Positions 7,895 through 15,325 of a DNA stretch of 15,778 nucleotides are shown in pieces; within the stretch, counting starts at the first letter, position 1; each line of letters begins with the position of its first letter. A model generated the notes under the pieces. That model searched no databases. It worked only from the letters and a program-made list of their open reading frames with translations, and was not told the DNA's origin. Location of the stretch: assembly GCA_964510165.1 (NCBI GenBank), contig CAZEBC010000004.1, positions 1 to 15,778 on the forward strand. Reading direction: 5' to 3'. Position numbers and translations under genes: made by a program. The stretch comes from an uncultured bacterium. Lineage in GTDB: Bacteria; Abyssobacteria; SURF-5.

Positions 7895-8965
7895 ATGGAC
7901 AGAAAGAAACTGCTGAAGAAAAAAAAGTCCGAACTCCTGAAGATGCTCCGCGAGCGAAAAATCCATGCGGACCCCGACACCCGGAAGGAAGACCTCGTAA
8001 GTACGCTCCTGACGCTCGGGCCGGAATCGGAGCCGACGACGAAAGCGCCGGCGCAGGGGCCGGAACAGGTGAGATCGGCCGAGGAATGGGTCGAGGGAAC
8101 CAAGTACTCGACCGAGCTCCCGCAGGCGGCCCCGTCCGTCGAGGCCCGTCCTGTCTACCCGACCACGCTCCCGCACCGCTACGGCGAGAGCCGCATCGTT
8201 GCCATGACGCGTGACCCGTACTGGGTGTTCACCTACTGGGAAGTGACCCCGGAGGCTCTTGAAGGAGCCAGAGAGGAACTAGGCCGCGACGCGGAAGGCG
8301 CGCGTGTAACTCTCCGGGTGTACGACATCACCGCGACCGCGTTCGACGGCGGAAACGCCAACTATCATTTCGATATTGACGTAGGCGCGGACGCCGACAA
8401 CTGGTACATAAACACGGGTCAGCCCAACCGTTCGTACTGCATTGACATCGGCCTGTTGAGTCCGACGGGCGCGTACAAGACCATCGCGCGCTCCAATCCC
8501 ATCCATACTCCCCGCGCGAGCGTGTCCGAAGAAGTGGACGAGCGCTGGATGAGCCTGGAGCAGGAATTCGAGCGTATGTATGCGCTCTCCGGCGGGTTCC
8601 AGATAGGCGCCGGCTCGCTCGAGCTGAAGGAAATGATGGAAAAGCAGCTCAGGATGCAGCTCGCCTCGGAGGCGCCCGCCAGCCTGTTCAGCATGCAGGC
8701 CCCGCGCAAGGAGCGCGGCTTCTGGCTCGCGCTCAACGCCGAACTCATCATCTACGGGGCCACCGTCCCGGGCGCAGAAGTCACGATGCAGGGGAATCCC
8801 GTCCAGCTTAGGCCCGACGGCACTTTCAGCGCGCGCTTCTCCCTGCCCGACGGCGAATACGTAATCCCCGTAACTGCGCGCTCGCCCGACGGCATCGAGG
8901 AACGCACGATCACGCCGACCGTCACGAAGACCACCCGTGCAGGCGAGCCGGTCATAAAGGAATGA
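7895..8965 (+). CDS. DUF4912 domain protein with a Lys-rich, Rho-N-like N-terminus
   Basis: Motifs LPHRYGESRIVAMTRDPYWVFTYWE, LRVYDIT, NWYI, IARSNPIHTP, and C-terminal FWL..NAELIIYGAT.PGA.VT..G.PVQLRPDGTF. RBS GGAGGG upstream. Confidence 0.85.
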   Translation: MDRKKLLKKKKSELLKMLRERKIHADPDTRKEDLVSTLLTLGPESEPTTKAPAQGPEQVRSAEEWVEGTKYSTELPQAAPSVEARPVYPTTLPHRYGESRIVAMTRDPYWVFTYWEVTPEALEGAREELGRDAEGARVTLRVYDITATAFDGGNANYHFDIDVGADADNWYINTGQPNRSYCIDIGLLSPTGAYKTIARSNPIHTPRASVSEEVDERWMSLEQEFERMYALSGGFQIGAGSLELKEMMEKQLRMQLASEAPASLFSMQAPRKERGFWLALNAELIIYGATVPGAEVTMQGNPVQLRPDGTFSARFSLPDGEYVIPVTARSPDGIEERTITPTVTKTTRAGEPVIKE

Positions 8966-8967
8966 CC

Positions 8968-10548
8968 ATGTTCAAAGGATATCTGGCGCTCATACTGCAC
9001 GCGCATCTCCCGTTCGTGCGGCATCCCGAATACGACGAGTTCCTCGAGGAGATGTGGCTGTATGAGGCCATCACCGAAACATATATCCCACTGATAGCGA
9101 CGTTAGAGCGGCTGCAGGAAGAACGGGTGGATTTCCGCCTGAGCATGACGCTCACGCCCACGCTCGTCTCGATGCTGCAGGACAACCTGCTCCAGAGCCG
9201 CTACTTCCGCCACATCAACAAGCTGATCGAACTCGCCTTGAAGGAGACCGAGCGCACCCGCTTCGAGCCTCAGTTCAACCGCCTCGCCCATATGTATTTC
9301 AGTCGGTTCACCGAGGCCAGGCGCATGTTCGAGGAGCGGTACGGGCGCGATCTCGTCTCGGCCTTCAGGAAATTCCAGGACGCCGGCAACATCGAGATAC
9401 TCACGTGCTGCGCCACGCACGGGTTCCTGCCGTGCCTGAACCACACCCGAACGGCGGCCCAGGCGCAGGTCAGGGTGGCGGTCGCGCATTACGAGAAGGT
9501 CTTCGGACGGCCGCCGCTGGGGATATGGCTGCCCGAATGCGGCTACTACCCCGGCGTGGACCAGGCGCTCAAGGACGCCGGCATCAAGTACTTCATCTCC
9601 GAGACGCACGGCGTGCTGCATGCCTCGCCCCGGCCCAAGTTCGGCGTGTTCGCGCCCATCTACTGCCCGACCGGTGTGGCCGCGTTCGGGCGCGACATGG
9701 AAAGCTCCAAGCAGGTGTGGAGCGCGATCGAGGGGTACCCCGGCGATTTCGATTACCGTGACTTCTACCGCGACGTCGGGTTCGACCTTGACTTCGAATA
9801 CGTGCGCCCATACATCCAGCCCGATGGCGTGCGCGTGTTCACCGGGCTGAAGTACTACAGGATCACCGGCAAGACCGACCACAAGCAGCCGTACGACCCC
9901 GCCCGCGCCGACGAGAAGGCCGCCGAGCACGCGGGCAACTTCATGTTCAACCGCGAGCGCCAGGTCGGGTATCTGGAGTCCCTCATGGGACGCAAGCCCA
10001 TCATCGTCGCGCCGTACGACGCCGAACTGTTCGGCCACTGGTGGTTCGAGGGTCCGCAGTGGCTGTATTACCTCTTTAAGAAACTCCACTATGACCAGAA
10101 GACGCTCCGCCCGGCGACCCTGTCGGAATACTTGCGCGAGAACCCCGTCAACCAGGTGGCCACGCCCTCGATGTCGAGTTGGGGCTACAAGGGCTACAGC
10201 GAGGTGTGGCTTGAGGGCAGTAACGACTGGATTTACCGCCACCTCCACAAGGCCGCCGAGCGCATGGCGGACCTCGCGCGCGAGCACCCAAGCCCCGACC
10301 CCGTGACCCGGCGCGCGCTCAATCAGGCCGCGCGCGAGGTGCTTCTTGCGCAGAGCAGCGACTGGGCCTTCATCATGAAGGTGGGCGCGATGGACGCCTA
10401 CGCGCGCAAGCGGACGGTCGACCACGTGCTTCGCTTCACGCGGCTGTATGAAGAGCTAAAGGCGGGCAAGATCGACGAGGGCAACCTGGCGCGCGTCGAA
10501 TCGCTCGACACCATCTTTCCCGACATTGATTACAAGGTCTTCGCGTAA
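8968..10548 (+). CDS. GH57 1,4-alpha-glucan branching enzyme (DUF1957 C-terminal domain)
   Basis: Motifs LHAHLPFV, ATHGFLP, GIWLPECGY, PYDAELFGHWWFEG and LAQSSDWAF. AAGGA spacing favours ATG 8968; the alternative ATG 8962 overlaps the DUF4912 stop. Confidence 0.95.
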   Translation: MFKGYLALILHAHLPFVRHPEYDEFLEEMWLYEAITETYIPLIATLERLQEERVDFRLSMTLTPTLVSMLQDNLLQSRYFRHINKLIELALKETERTRFEPQFNRLAHMYFSRFTEARRMFEERYGRDLVSAFRKFQDAGNIEILTCCATHGFLPCLNHTRTAAQAQVRVAVAHYEKVFGRPPLGIWLPECGYYPGVDQALKDAGIKYFISETHGVLHASPRPKFGVFAPIYCPTGVAAFGRDMESSKQVWSAIEGYPGDFDYRDFYRDVGFDLDFEYVRPYIQPDGVRVFTGLKYYRITGKTDHKQPYDPARADEKAAEHAGNFMFNRERQVGYLESLMGRKPIIVAPYDAELFGHWWFEGPQWLYYLFKKLHYDQKTLRPATLSEYLRENPVNQVATPSMSSWGYKGYSEVWLEGSNDWIYRHLHKAAERMADLAREHPSPDPVTRRALNQAAREVLLAQSSDWAFIMKVGAMDAYARKRTVDHVLRFTRLYEELKAGKIDEGNLARVESLDTIFPDIDYKVFA

Positions 10549-10600
10549 GCGCACACACGCGGTGTCGCCTTTCGGGTTGAAGCATTGAAACGACCCTTCC

Positions 10601-10651
10601 GTAGGGGCGAATCCTGTATTTCGCCCGTCGCGGCCCTTGTGCCGCCCCTCC
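10601..10651. repeat. GTAG-type REP plus degenerate inverted partner, possibly acting at the operon 3' end
   Basis: GTAGGGGCGAATCCTGTATTTCGCCC (10601-10626), then on the minus strand GGAGGGGCGGCACAAGGGCCGCGAC (10651-10627). Confidence 0.7.
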
Positions 10652-10676
10652 ACGCGCGCTTTAGGTGGGAATCCGA

Positions 10677-10705
10677 TTGAAGGCATTTCATGTCTCTATC
10701 ATAAT
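10677..10705 (+). promoter_or_regulatory. putative sigma70 promoter upstream of the MNT-like remnant
   Basis: TTGAAG, 17-bp spacer, CATAAT, in an AT-rich patch. Confidence 0.4.
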
Positions 10706-10752
10706 AAAGCGACCTGTGAAAGATTATTCCGTCAGGGTCGCGGGGTCCTCAA

Positions 10753-10848
10753 ATGACTGGGAGCAACCTGAATATACCGAGAGAAAAGATCGCGGACTTC
10801 TGTCGGCAAGACTGGCTTTCAAATCCCCCTCCGGAAACTGTCCCGTGA
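10753..10848 (+). pseudogene. N-terminal remnant of a minimal nucleotidyltransferase (MNT antitoxin-like)
   Basis: ATG 10753 gives MTGSNLNIPREKIADFCRQ, resembling the typical MNT start (IPxEKIAxFCR). It runs into repeat DNA and stops at TGA 10846-10848, before any LFGS/DxD motif. Confidence 0.5.
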
Positions 10849-10931
10849 TTCGGTTTTCGGTCGTAGGGGCGGCCCCGCGTGGCCGCCCGGGCGCCCGCGT
10901 AGGGACGCCCCTACAATTGCGGGGCAGTCTC
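10834..10931. mobile_element. 98-bp MITE-like element with 17-bp imperfect terminal inverted repeats and a TCCG target duplication
   Basis: Left end GAAACTGTCCCGTGATT; reverse complement of right end GAGACTGCCCCGCAATT (13/17 match). TCCG lies directly on both sides (10830-10833 and 10932-10935). Confidence 0.6.
10863..10914. repeat. inverted GTAG REP doublet (REPIN-like)
   Basis: GTAGGGGCGGCCCCGCGTGGCCGCCC (10863-10888) abuts the reverse copy GTAGGGGCGTCCCTACGCGGGCGCCC (10914-10889). Confidence 0.85.
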
Positions 10932-10935
10932 TCCG

Positions 10936-10955
10936 CCCCCTTTGGAAAAGGGGGG
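10936..10955. repeat. CCCCCTTT-n-AAAGGGGG palindromic repeat, with its leader at 10821-10833
   Basis: CCCCCTTTGGAAAAGGGGGG. It joins AAATCCCCCTCCG once the MITE-like insert is removed. Confidence 0.6.
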
Positions 10956-11171
10956 TACCAAGGGAGCGCGGAATCCATTTTGCAGCAAGGCGTTATATCC
11001 TTACCTCGTCGAAAATCGTAACGAAAACTCACAAATTCCAAGGTGAGTAGTACAGGTGGAAAAGCATCGACCGCAGCACTGTCAAGTGGCGCGACACAGG
11101 TAACAGGTTGTGCCACCACATGGGTTACAGGTTCCTTCTCACGGGAGCGAATGGGCCAGAGCGTGGAGGGT

Positions 11172-12485
11172 TCATGAGGAGGGGTTGCTCGTGGTAGCGC
11201 TCTTGTCGTAATGATGCCTCGGTTCGCGGACGCGGAAATACATGATACCGAGGGTCGAAACGGTGCACAGGCTGGAGAGGAGAAACACGGAGGTGTAGGA
11301 GACATGGTCGGCCAGCATTCCGGCGAGAAGGGGTCCGAAGGAAGTCGCCATTTCGCCGATTGAGTTGACGACGCCGAGGCGCATGGGCACTCCGGCCGTG
11401 TCGCCGAATTCGAGCACCATATTGGACATGGACATATTGAATCCGCCGACTCCGGCGCCGAGCAGCAGGAAGACGATGACGGCGAGGATAAAGGACGCGG
11501 GAATCAACATCAGTGCCACAAGCGCGATCGTCCAGATCGTGATAGAGATGATGAACACCTTTCTGAAACCGCTTGTATCGGCGATTCGTCCCATATAAAG
11601 ATTGATGGACGTCTGGGCGACGAAATAACAGAAGGTGAGCTGGCCGAGCTGATGGCCCGATATCGTCATCCGGTTGCCGGCGTAGAGGATGAGGAACGGA
11701 TTGGACATGAGGGCGAGGGACCCGATCGCCCGGCACAGGCAGTAATTGGCAAAGTTGCTGTCTTGCCTGATCAGGGCCGGCATCGAGCGAAGACGCTCGA
11801 GCAGCGGAATCCTGTTCAGGACGGCCGGAGACGCGGGCTCGCGCGACAAAGCGAAGCACATGAGTCCCAGGAAGGTAAGGCCGAAGGCAAGCGCATATGT
11901 GGAGGCGTATCCGTGCGGGAATTCGAGGTTCTGGATGAGTGAGCCCGCAATGAGCGCCACGAGCGCGGCGGTGACTCCGCCGACGAACTCGCGCAGCCCT
12001 ATGAATCGCCCGCGTCGTTCGACGGGGATGACCTTTGACATGACGGTGTTGTACACGACGTTTTGCATTCCCAGAAACATGTTAAACAGGGAAAAGAAGA
12101 TGAAAAACGACACCAGGTTGAGACGAGCAGGAAAAAAGAATCCTGCAAGCGCGAAGAACAAGACCTGAGAGCGCATGAGCGTCCCGATGATGACAGCCTT
12201 TTTCTTGAGGAGAGGCTGGTCCACGACATAGGATGCGATGAGCGGCGGCGTGATAAATCGGGACAGGCCCCCGACGGAGAGCAGGATTCCGACAATGAGG
12301 TTTGACCCGCCGAGCTTGTAGATATAATCCGGCACGAAGGTGGGCGCCATAATGAGCCGCCATCCCGTGGTGCCGAACAGGCCGTAGAGCAGATTAACGG
12401 CGAAATTCCAACGAAAATTCTTTCGGACATCCTCATCGAACGCGATTTGTTCGGCTGATGGCGCTGGGCGTATCTGTTCGGTCAT
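11172..12485 (-). CDS. MFS transporter
   Basis: 437 aa with about 12 hydrophobic helices in two halves. Motif-A-like MGRIADTSGFRK and VIPVERRGRFIG. Substrate not determinable from sequence. Confidence 0.9.
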   Translation of the reverse strand: MTEQIRPAPSAEQIAFDEDVRKNFRWNFAVNLLYGLFGTTGWRLIMAPTFVPDYIYKLGGSNLIVGILLSVGGLSRFITPPLIASYVVDQPLLKKKAVIIGTLMRSQVLFFALAGFFFPARLNLVSFFIFFSLFNMFLGMQNVVYNTVMSKVIPVERRGRFIGLREFVGGVTAALVALIAGSLIQNLEFPHGYASTYALAFGLTFLGLMCFALSREPASPAVLNRIPLLERLRSMPALIRQDSNFANYCLCRAIGSLALMSNPFLILYAGNRMTISGHQLGQLTFCYFVAQTSINLYMGRIADTSGFRKVFIISITIWTIALVALMLIPASFILAVIVFLLLGAGVGGFNMSMSNMVLEFGDTAGVPMRLGVVNSIGEMATSFGPLLAGMLADHVSYTSVFLLSSLCTVSTLGIMYFRVREPRHHYDKSATTSNPSS

Positions 12486-12535
12486 CTGGAGTTACCGTAA
12501 AATCAAGCGGCGGAAAACCGGTCGAACCACGCCAC

Positions 12536-12544
12536 AATATAGCA
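12536..12544 (-). promoter_or_regulatory. putative extended -10 promoter for the MFS gene
   Basis: Minus strand TGCTATATT about 50 bp upstream of ATG 12485. Confidence 0.35.
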
Positions 12545-12605
12545 TATTTCGCTGTCTTTTCCCATAGGGGTGAGGCGACTCTATACCACTCGGCTCCACG
12601 CGCGC

Positions 12606-12634
12606 TTACCAAATTCCTCGTTTGGTGCTAAAGT
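12606..12634 (+). promoter_or_regulatory. putative promoter for the sugar dehydrogenase
   Basis: TTACCA, 17-bp spacer, TAAAGT, with a TG extension (TGCTAAAGT). Confidence 0.35.
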
Positions 12635-12678
12635 GACGTAGGAAACGGTCATGAGGGCGTTTGCGCCGGAGGTGGAAC

Positions 12679-14145
12679 ATGTGGTGGCACAATACAATGC
12701 AGCGTGTCATGTTCTTGGCGGTGTGCAGCGCAATCCTCTTGGCTTCAGGGATCGCGCAAGGCGTGCAGATCGCGCTCGAGCCCGTGGCGAGCGGGCTTGC
12801 GTTTCCGACCTACGTCACGCATGCCGGTGACGGGTCGGGCCGGTTGTTCATAGTGCTGCGCCAGGGGCAGATTGTCATCTTTGACGGCATACGGGTGAGG
12901 CCGACGCCGTTTCTTGACATTACGCCGCTCGTTTCGACGGCGGGCGAGCAAGGGCTGTTCAGCGTCGCATTCCATCCAAACTATTCGCAGAACGGTCTTT
13001 TCTTCGTCAACTACACGAATCTGAGTGGCGCCACGGTCGTCGCGCGTTACTCGGTTTCGGGTGACCCGAACGTGGCCAACCCCGCTTCGGCGCAAGTATT
13101 GCTGACGATCGCGCAACCGTTCACGAATCACAACGGCGGCCAGCTCCAGTTTGGGCCGGATGGGTTCCTCTATATCGGGATGGGTGATGGCGGCTCGGGC
13201 GGGGACCCGTTCAACAACGCGCAGAACCTTGCTACACTGCTGGGGAAGATGCTGCGCATCGACGTGAACGGAGGCATCCCATACGCCATTCCTCTGAATA
13301 ACCCATTCATCGGAGTCCCGGGCGCGCGCGGCGAGATATGGGCGCTGGGATTGCGTAATCCCTGGCGCTTCAGCTTCGACCGGCTCACGGGCGACTTGTT
13401 CATCGCCGATGTCGGCCAGAACCGGTTCGAGGAGGTAGATTTTCAGTCTGCGGCCAGTGCCGGGGGCGAGAACTACGGCTGGCGCCTGATGGAGGGCCTC
13501 CACTGCTTCATTCCAACGATCAACTGTAACGACGGCACACTCACGCTGCCCATCATCGAGTACGATCACTCGCTCGGAAAATGCTCCATCACCGGCGGAT
13601 ACCGCTACCGCGGCGTGCAGCAGCCGGGCCTGTTCGGCATCTATTTCTTCGCTGACTTGTGCACCGGGCAGATATGGGGCGCCTCGCAGGATGGGCTTGG
13701 CGTCTGGAGCTTCACCGAACTGCTGGACACGGCGCTCATGATCGCCACGTTCGGCGAGGATGAGGCCGGAGAGTTGTATGTGGCCGATTTCATGGGCGGC
13801 ACGGTCTTTCGCATCGTCACGGCCCCGCTGACAGCGATAGAGTTGCTATTGCCTGACCGGCAGGCCGTTCTCACATCGCCGCCGGTGTTTGTCTGGAGCG
13901 CGGACGGGGGAGTTGACAACGCGTTTGCCGTCGATCTGTCCATGTCGCCGACGGGGCCGTTCTCGTCGACGTTCGACAATCTGAACATCGTCATCCGCGG
14001 TAACAGTTGGGCAATGCCCGCCGGCATCTGGGAGAGGGTTGCGTCGGGAAGCCGATTGTTCTGGCGGGTGCGCGGCGCCGACCTGGCCGAGGCAGCGCCT
14101 GCCATTGTCACGAGCGCTGAGACGCAAATGTTCTTCAAACAGTAG
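12679..14145 (+). CDS. secreted PQQ-dependent sugar dehydrogenase (glucose/sorbosone dehydrogenase family) with an extra C-terminal domain
   Basis: Signal-peptide-like N-terminus, then EQGLFSVAFHPNY, NHNGGQLQFGPDGFLYIGMGDGG, LGKMLRID, GLRNPWRFSFD, ADVGQN..EEVD, SITGGY.YRG and FGEDEAGELY. RBS GGAGGT 5 nt before ATG 12679. Confidence 0.92.
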   Translation: MWWHNTMQRVMFLAVCSAILLASGIAQGVQIALEPVASGLAFPTYVTHAGDGSGRLFIVLRQGQIVIFDGIRVRPTPFLDITPLVSTAGEQGLFSVAFHPNYSQNGLFFVNYTNLSGATVVARYSVSGDPNVANPASAQVLLTIAQPFTNHNGGQLQFGPDGFLYIGMGDGGSGGDPFNNAQNLATLLGKMLRIDVNGGIPYAIPLNNPFIGVPGARGEIWALGLRNPWRFSFDRLTGDLFIADVGQNRFEEVDFQSAASAGGENYGWRLMEGLHCFIPTINCNDGTLTLPIIEYDHSLGKCSITGGYRYRGVQQPGLFGIYFFADLCTGQIWGASQDGLGVWSFTELLDTALMIATFGEDEAGELYVADFMGGTVFRIVTAPLTAIELLLPDRQAVLTSPPVFVWSADGGVDNAFAVDLSMSPTGPFSSTFDNLNIVIRGNSWAMPAGIWERVASGSRLFWRVRGADLAEAAPAIVTSAETQMFFKQ

Positions 14146-14249
14146 TCTGAAAATTCTTCCACTGCTTGCGTTAAAGGGCAAGACTTGTTTGCCTAGGGGG
14201 GTCCTGCGCAACGAGACGGCATGAAAAGGGCGTTCGAGGTCTCTTTTGA

Positions 14250-15006
14250 TTACTTTGCCTGAGCGGGTTTGGACTGGGTTTCGCGCGTGGCGATTTGAAT
14301 CCATGGGCGCTGCATTTTCCGATAATAGCGCGGAGAGATCTTCGCGTTTCTGAGAATTCCCTCGAAGATGACTCGTGCGTCATCGTGCCTGCCGAGCTTC
14401 TTGAGGAGAAGCGCGTACCGGCATCGGACCTCTTCACCCACGCTTTCCCGCACAATCGCCTCGTACTCGCGGCGGGCGCCCTCCAGATCACTCATGTGTT
14501 CAAGCGTGCGAGCCATGAGGAGGCCGGTCCCTTTGGGGTCGGAGCAGGGTTGTTCTTTTCGGAGCCGCGTGAGTGTGTTCAACGCTTCCGGGAACTTGCC
14601 CGCAACCGATATAGGCCGAGGCCAGAGCGGACAGCACTTGCGGGTCATTCTTATAGACGCCGTCCAGGCAGCCATTCAGGATTTCAATTGCGTCATTGAA
14701 GTGGCCGACGTCCATGTGTCCGCGCGCGAGCGCGACTCTGTTGCCCACGCTGTTGTTAAATGCGGCCTGGTCCTTGAGGCGCTGGAGTTCGCGTTAGGGC
14801 GCAAACTTCTTCACCAGGCTGGCGGAGACGTCTTTCACGGTCGTTCCATGTCGAAGGTCGGGAAGGTATTCGGCGAAGAAGTAGATCAAGACTCCCGCCA
14901 TGGGAAAGAAGAGGATGATGAAAATCCAGCCGGTCTTTCCGTTTCTGTAGGCATGGACGGCGAAGAAGACTTGCACGGCGGGTAAAAGAACCCACAGATA
15001 GCTCAT
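14250..15006 (-). pseudogene. membrane-anchored TPR-like protein, disrupted by an in-frame stop and a frameshift
   Basis: ATG 15006 (RBS GGAGA) gives two TM helices, then TAA at 14796-14794. The same frame continues RELQRLKDQ...DPQVLSALASAY, then shifts near 14600-14612 into the frame encoding AGKFPEALNTL...GEEVRCRYALLL...SPRYYRKMQRPWI. Total length 757 nt = 252 codons + 1. Confidence 0.8.
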
Positions 15007-15080
15007 ATCATCTCCGTTGGCATCAGCGGGGGATTGCGCGAGCATGCAATGCAGAACATTGCGCAAATAGCAAGTAGTTT

Positions 15081-15111
15081 GTTATACAGCACATCTCTTG
15101 TCGCCTGTCAA
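15081..15111 (-). promoter_or_regulatory. putative promoter of the TPR gene
   Basis: Minus strand TTGACA (15111-15106), 19-bp spacer, TATAAC (15086-15081). Confidence 0.45.
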
Positions 15112-15215
15112 GAAAATTATTGTCAGGGCCAGGGCCGGCGCGTCGTGCTCTTCGGTGGAAGAGGTGATCGCATCCCGCGTCTCGCGGGACCCCGACAATC
15201 GAGGAGGGTTTTCCG

Positions 15216-15267
15216 AAAAGCAAAAGGCGAAAGGAATGAAGGCAGCCCAACCCTATTCCTTTCGCCT
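15216..15267 (-). terminator. intrinsic terminator downstream of the His/Cys-rich protein gene
   Basis: Perfect 13-bp stem AGGCGAAAGGAAT / ATTCCTTTCGCCT followed by TTTGCTTTT on the minus strand. Confidence 0.75.
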
Positions 15268-15325
15268 GGCTATGGAGTAGACTCTCCATCCCGAGAGGTC
15301 TTGTTACATCCGTGAGTTCTCTCCG

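Noticed and set aside
5601..10425. Long minus-strand ORFs (5601..6359, 7053..7718, 9103..10425)
   Set aside because: Antisense shadows of the GH57 genes.
10665..11305. ORFs 10665..11021 (+) and 10724..11305 (-)
   Set aside because: They read through REP/MITE DNA (VGAAPRGRP, PPFPKG) and look like repeat-derived artefacts.
14224..14247. AAAAGGGCG..GTCTCTTTT as a bidirectional terminator between convergent genes
   Set aside because: The position is plausible but the stem is short and mismatched, too weak to call.
12745..14304. Minus-strand ORFs over the sugar dehydrogenase
   Set aside because: Antisense to a strongly supported gene, with no motifs.
14794..14796. Recoded stop (selenocysteine or pyrrolysine) in the TPR gene
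   Set aside because: The codon is TAA, not TGA or TAG, and a separate frameshift follows, so pseudogene is the simpler reading.
15270..15295. GATGGAG-containing hairpin resembling a fluoride riboswitch start
   Set aside because: It lacks the GGCGATGG..TTCGCC stem and downstream GCTGATGAC motif, and it lies in a 3' UTR before a terminator.
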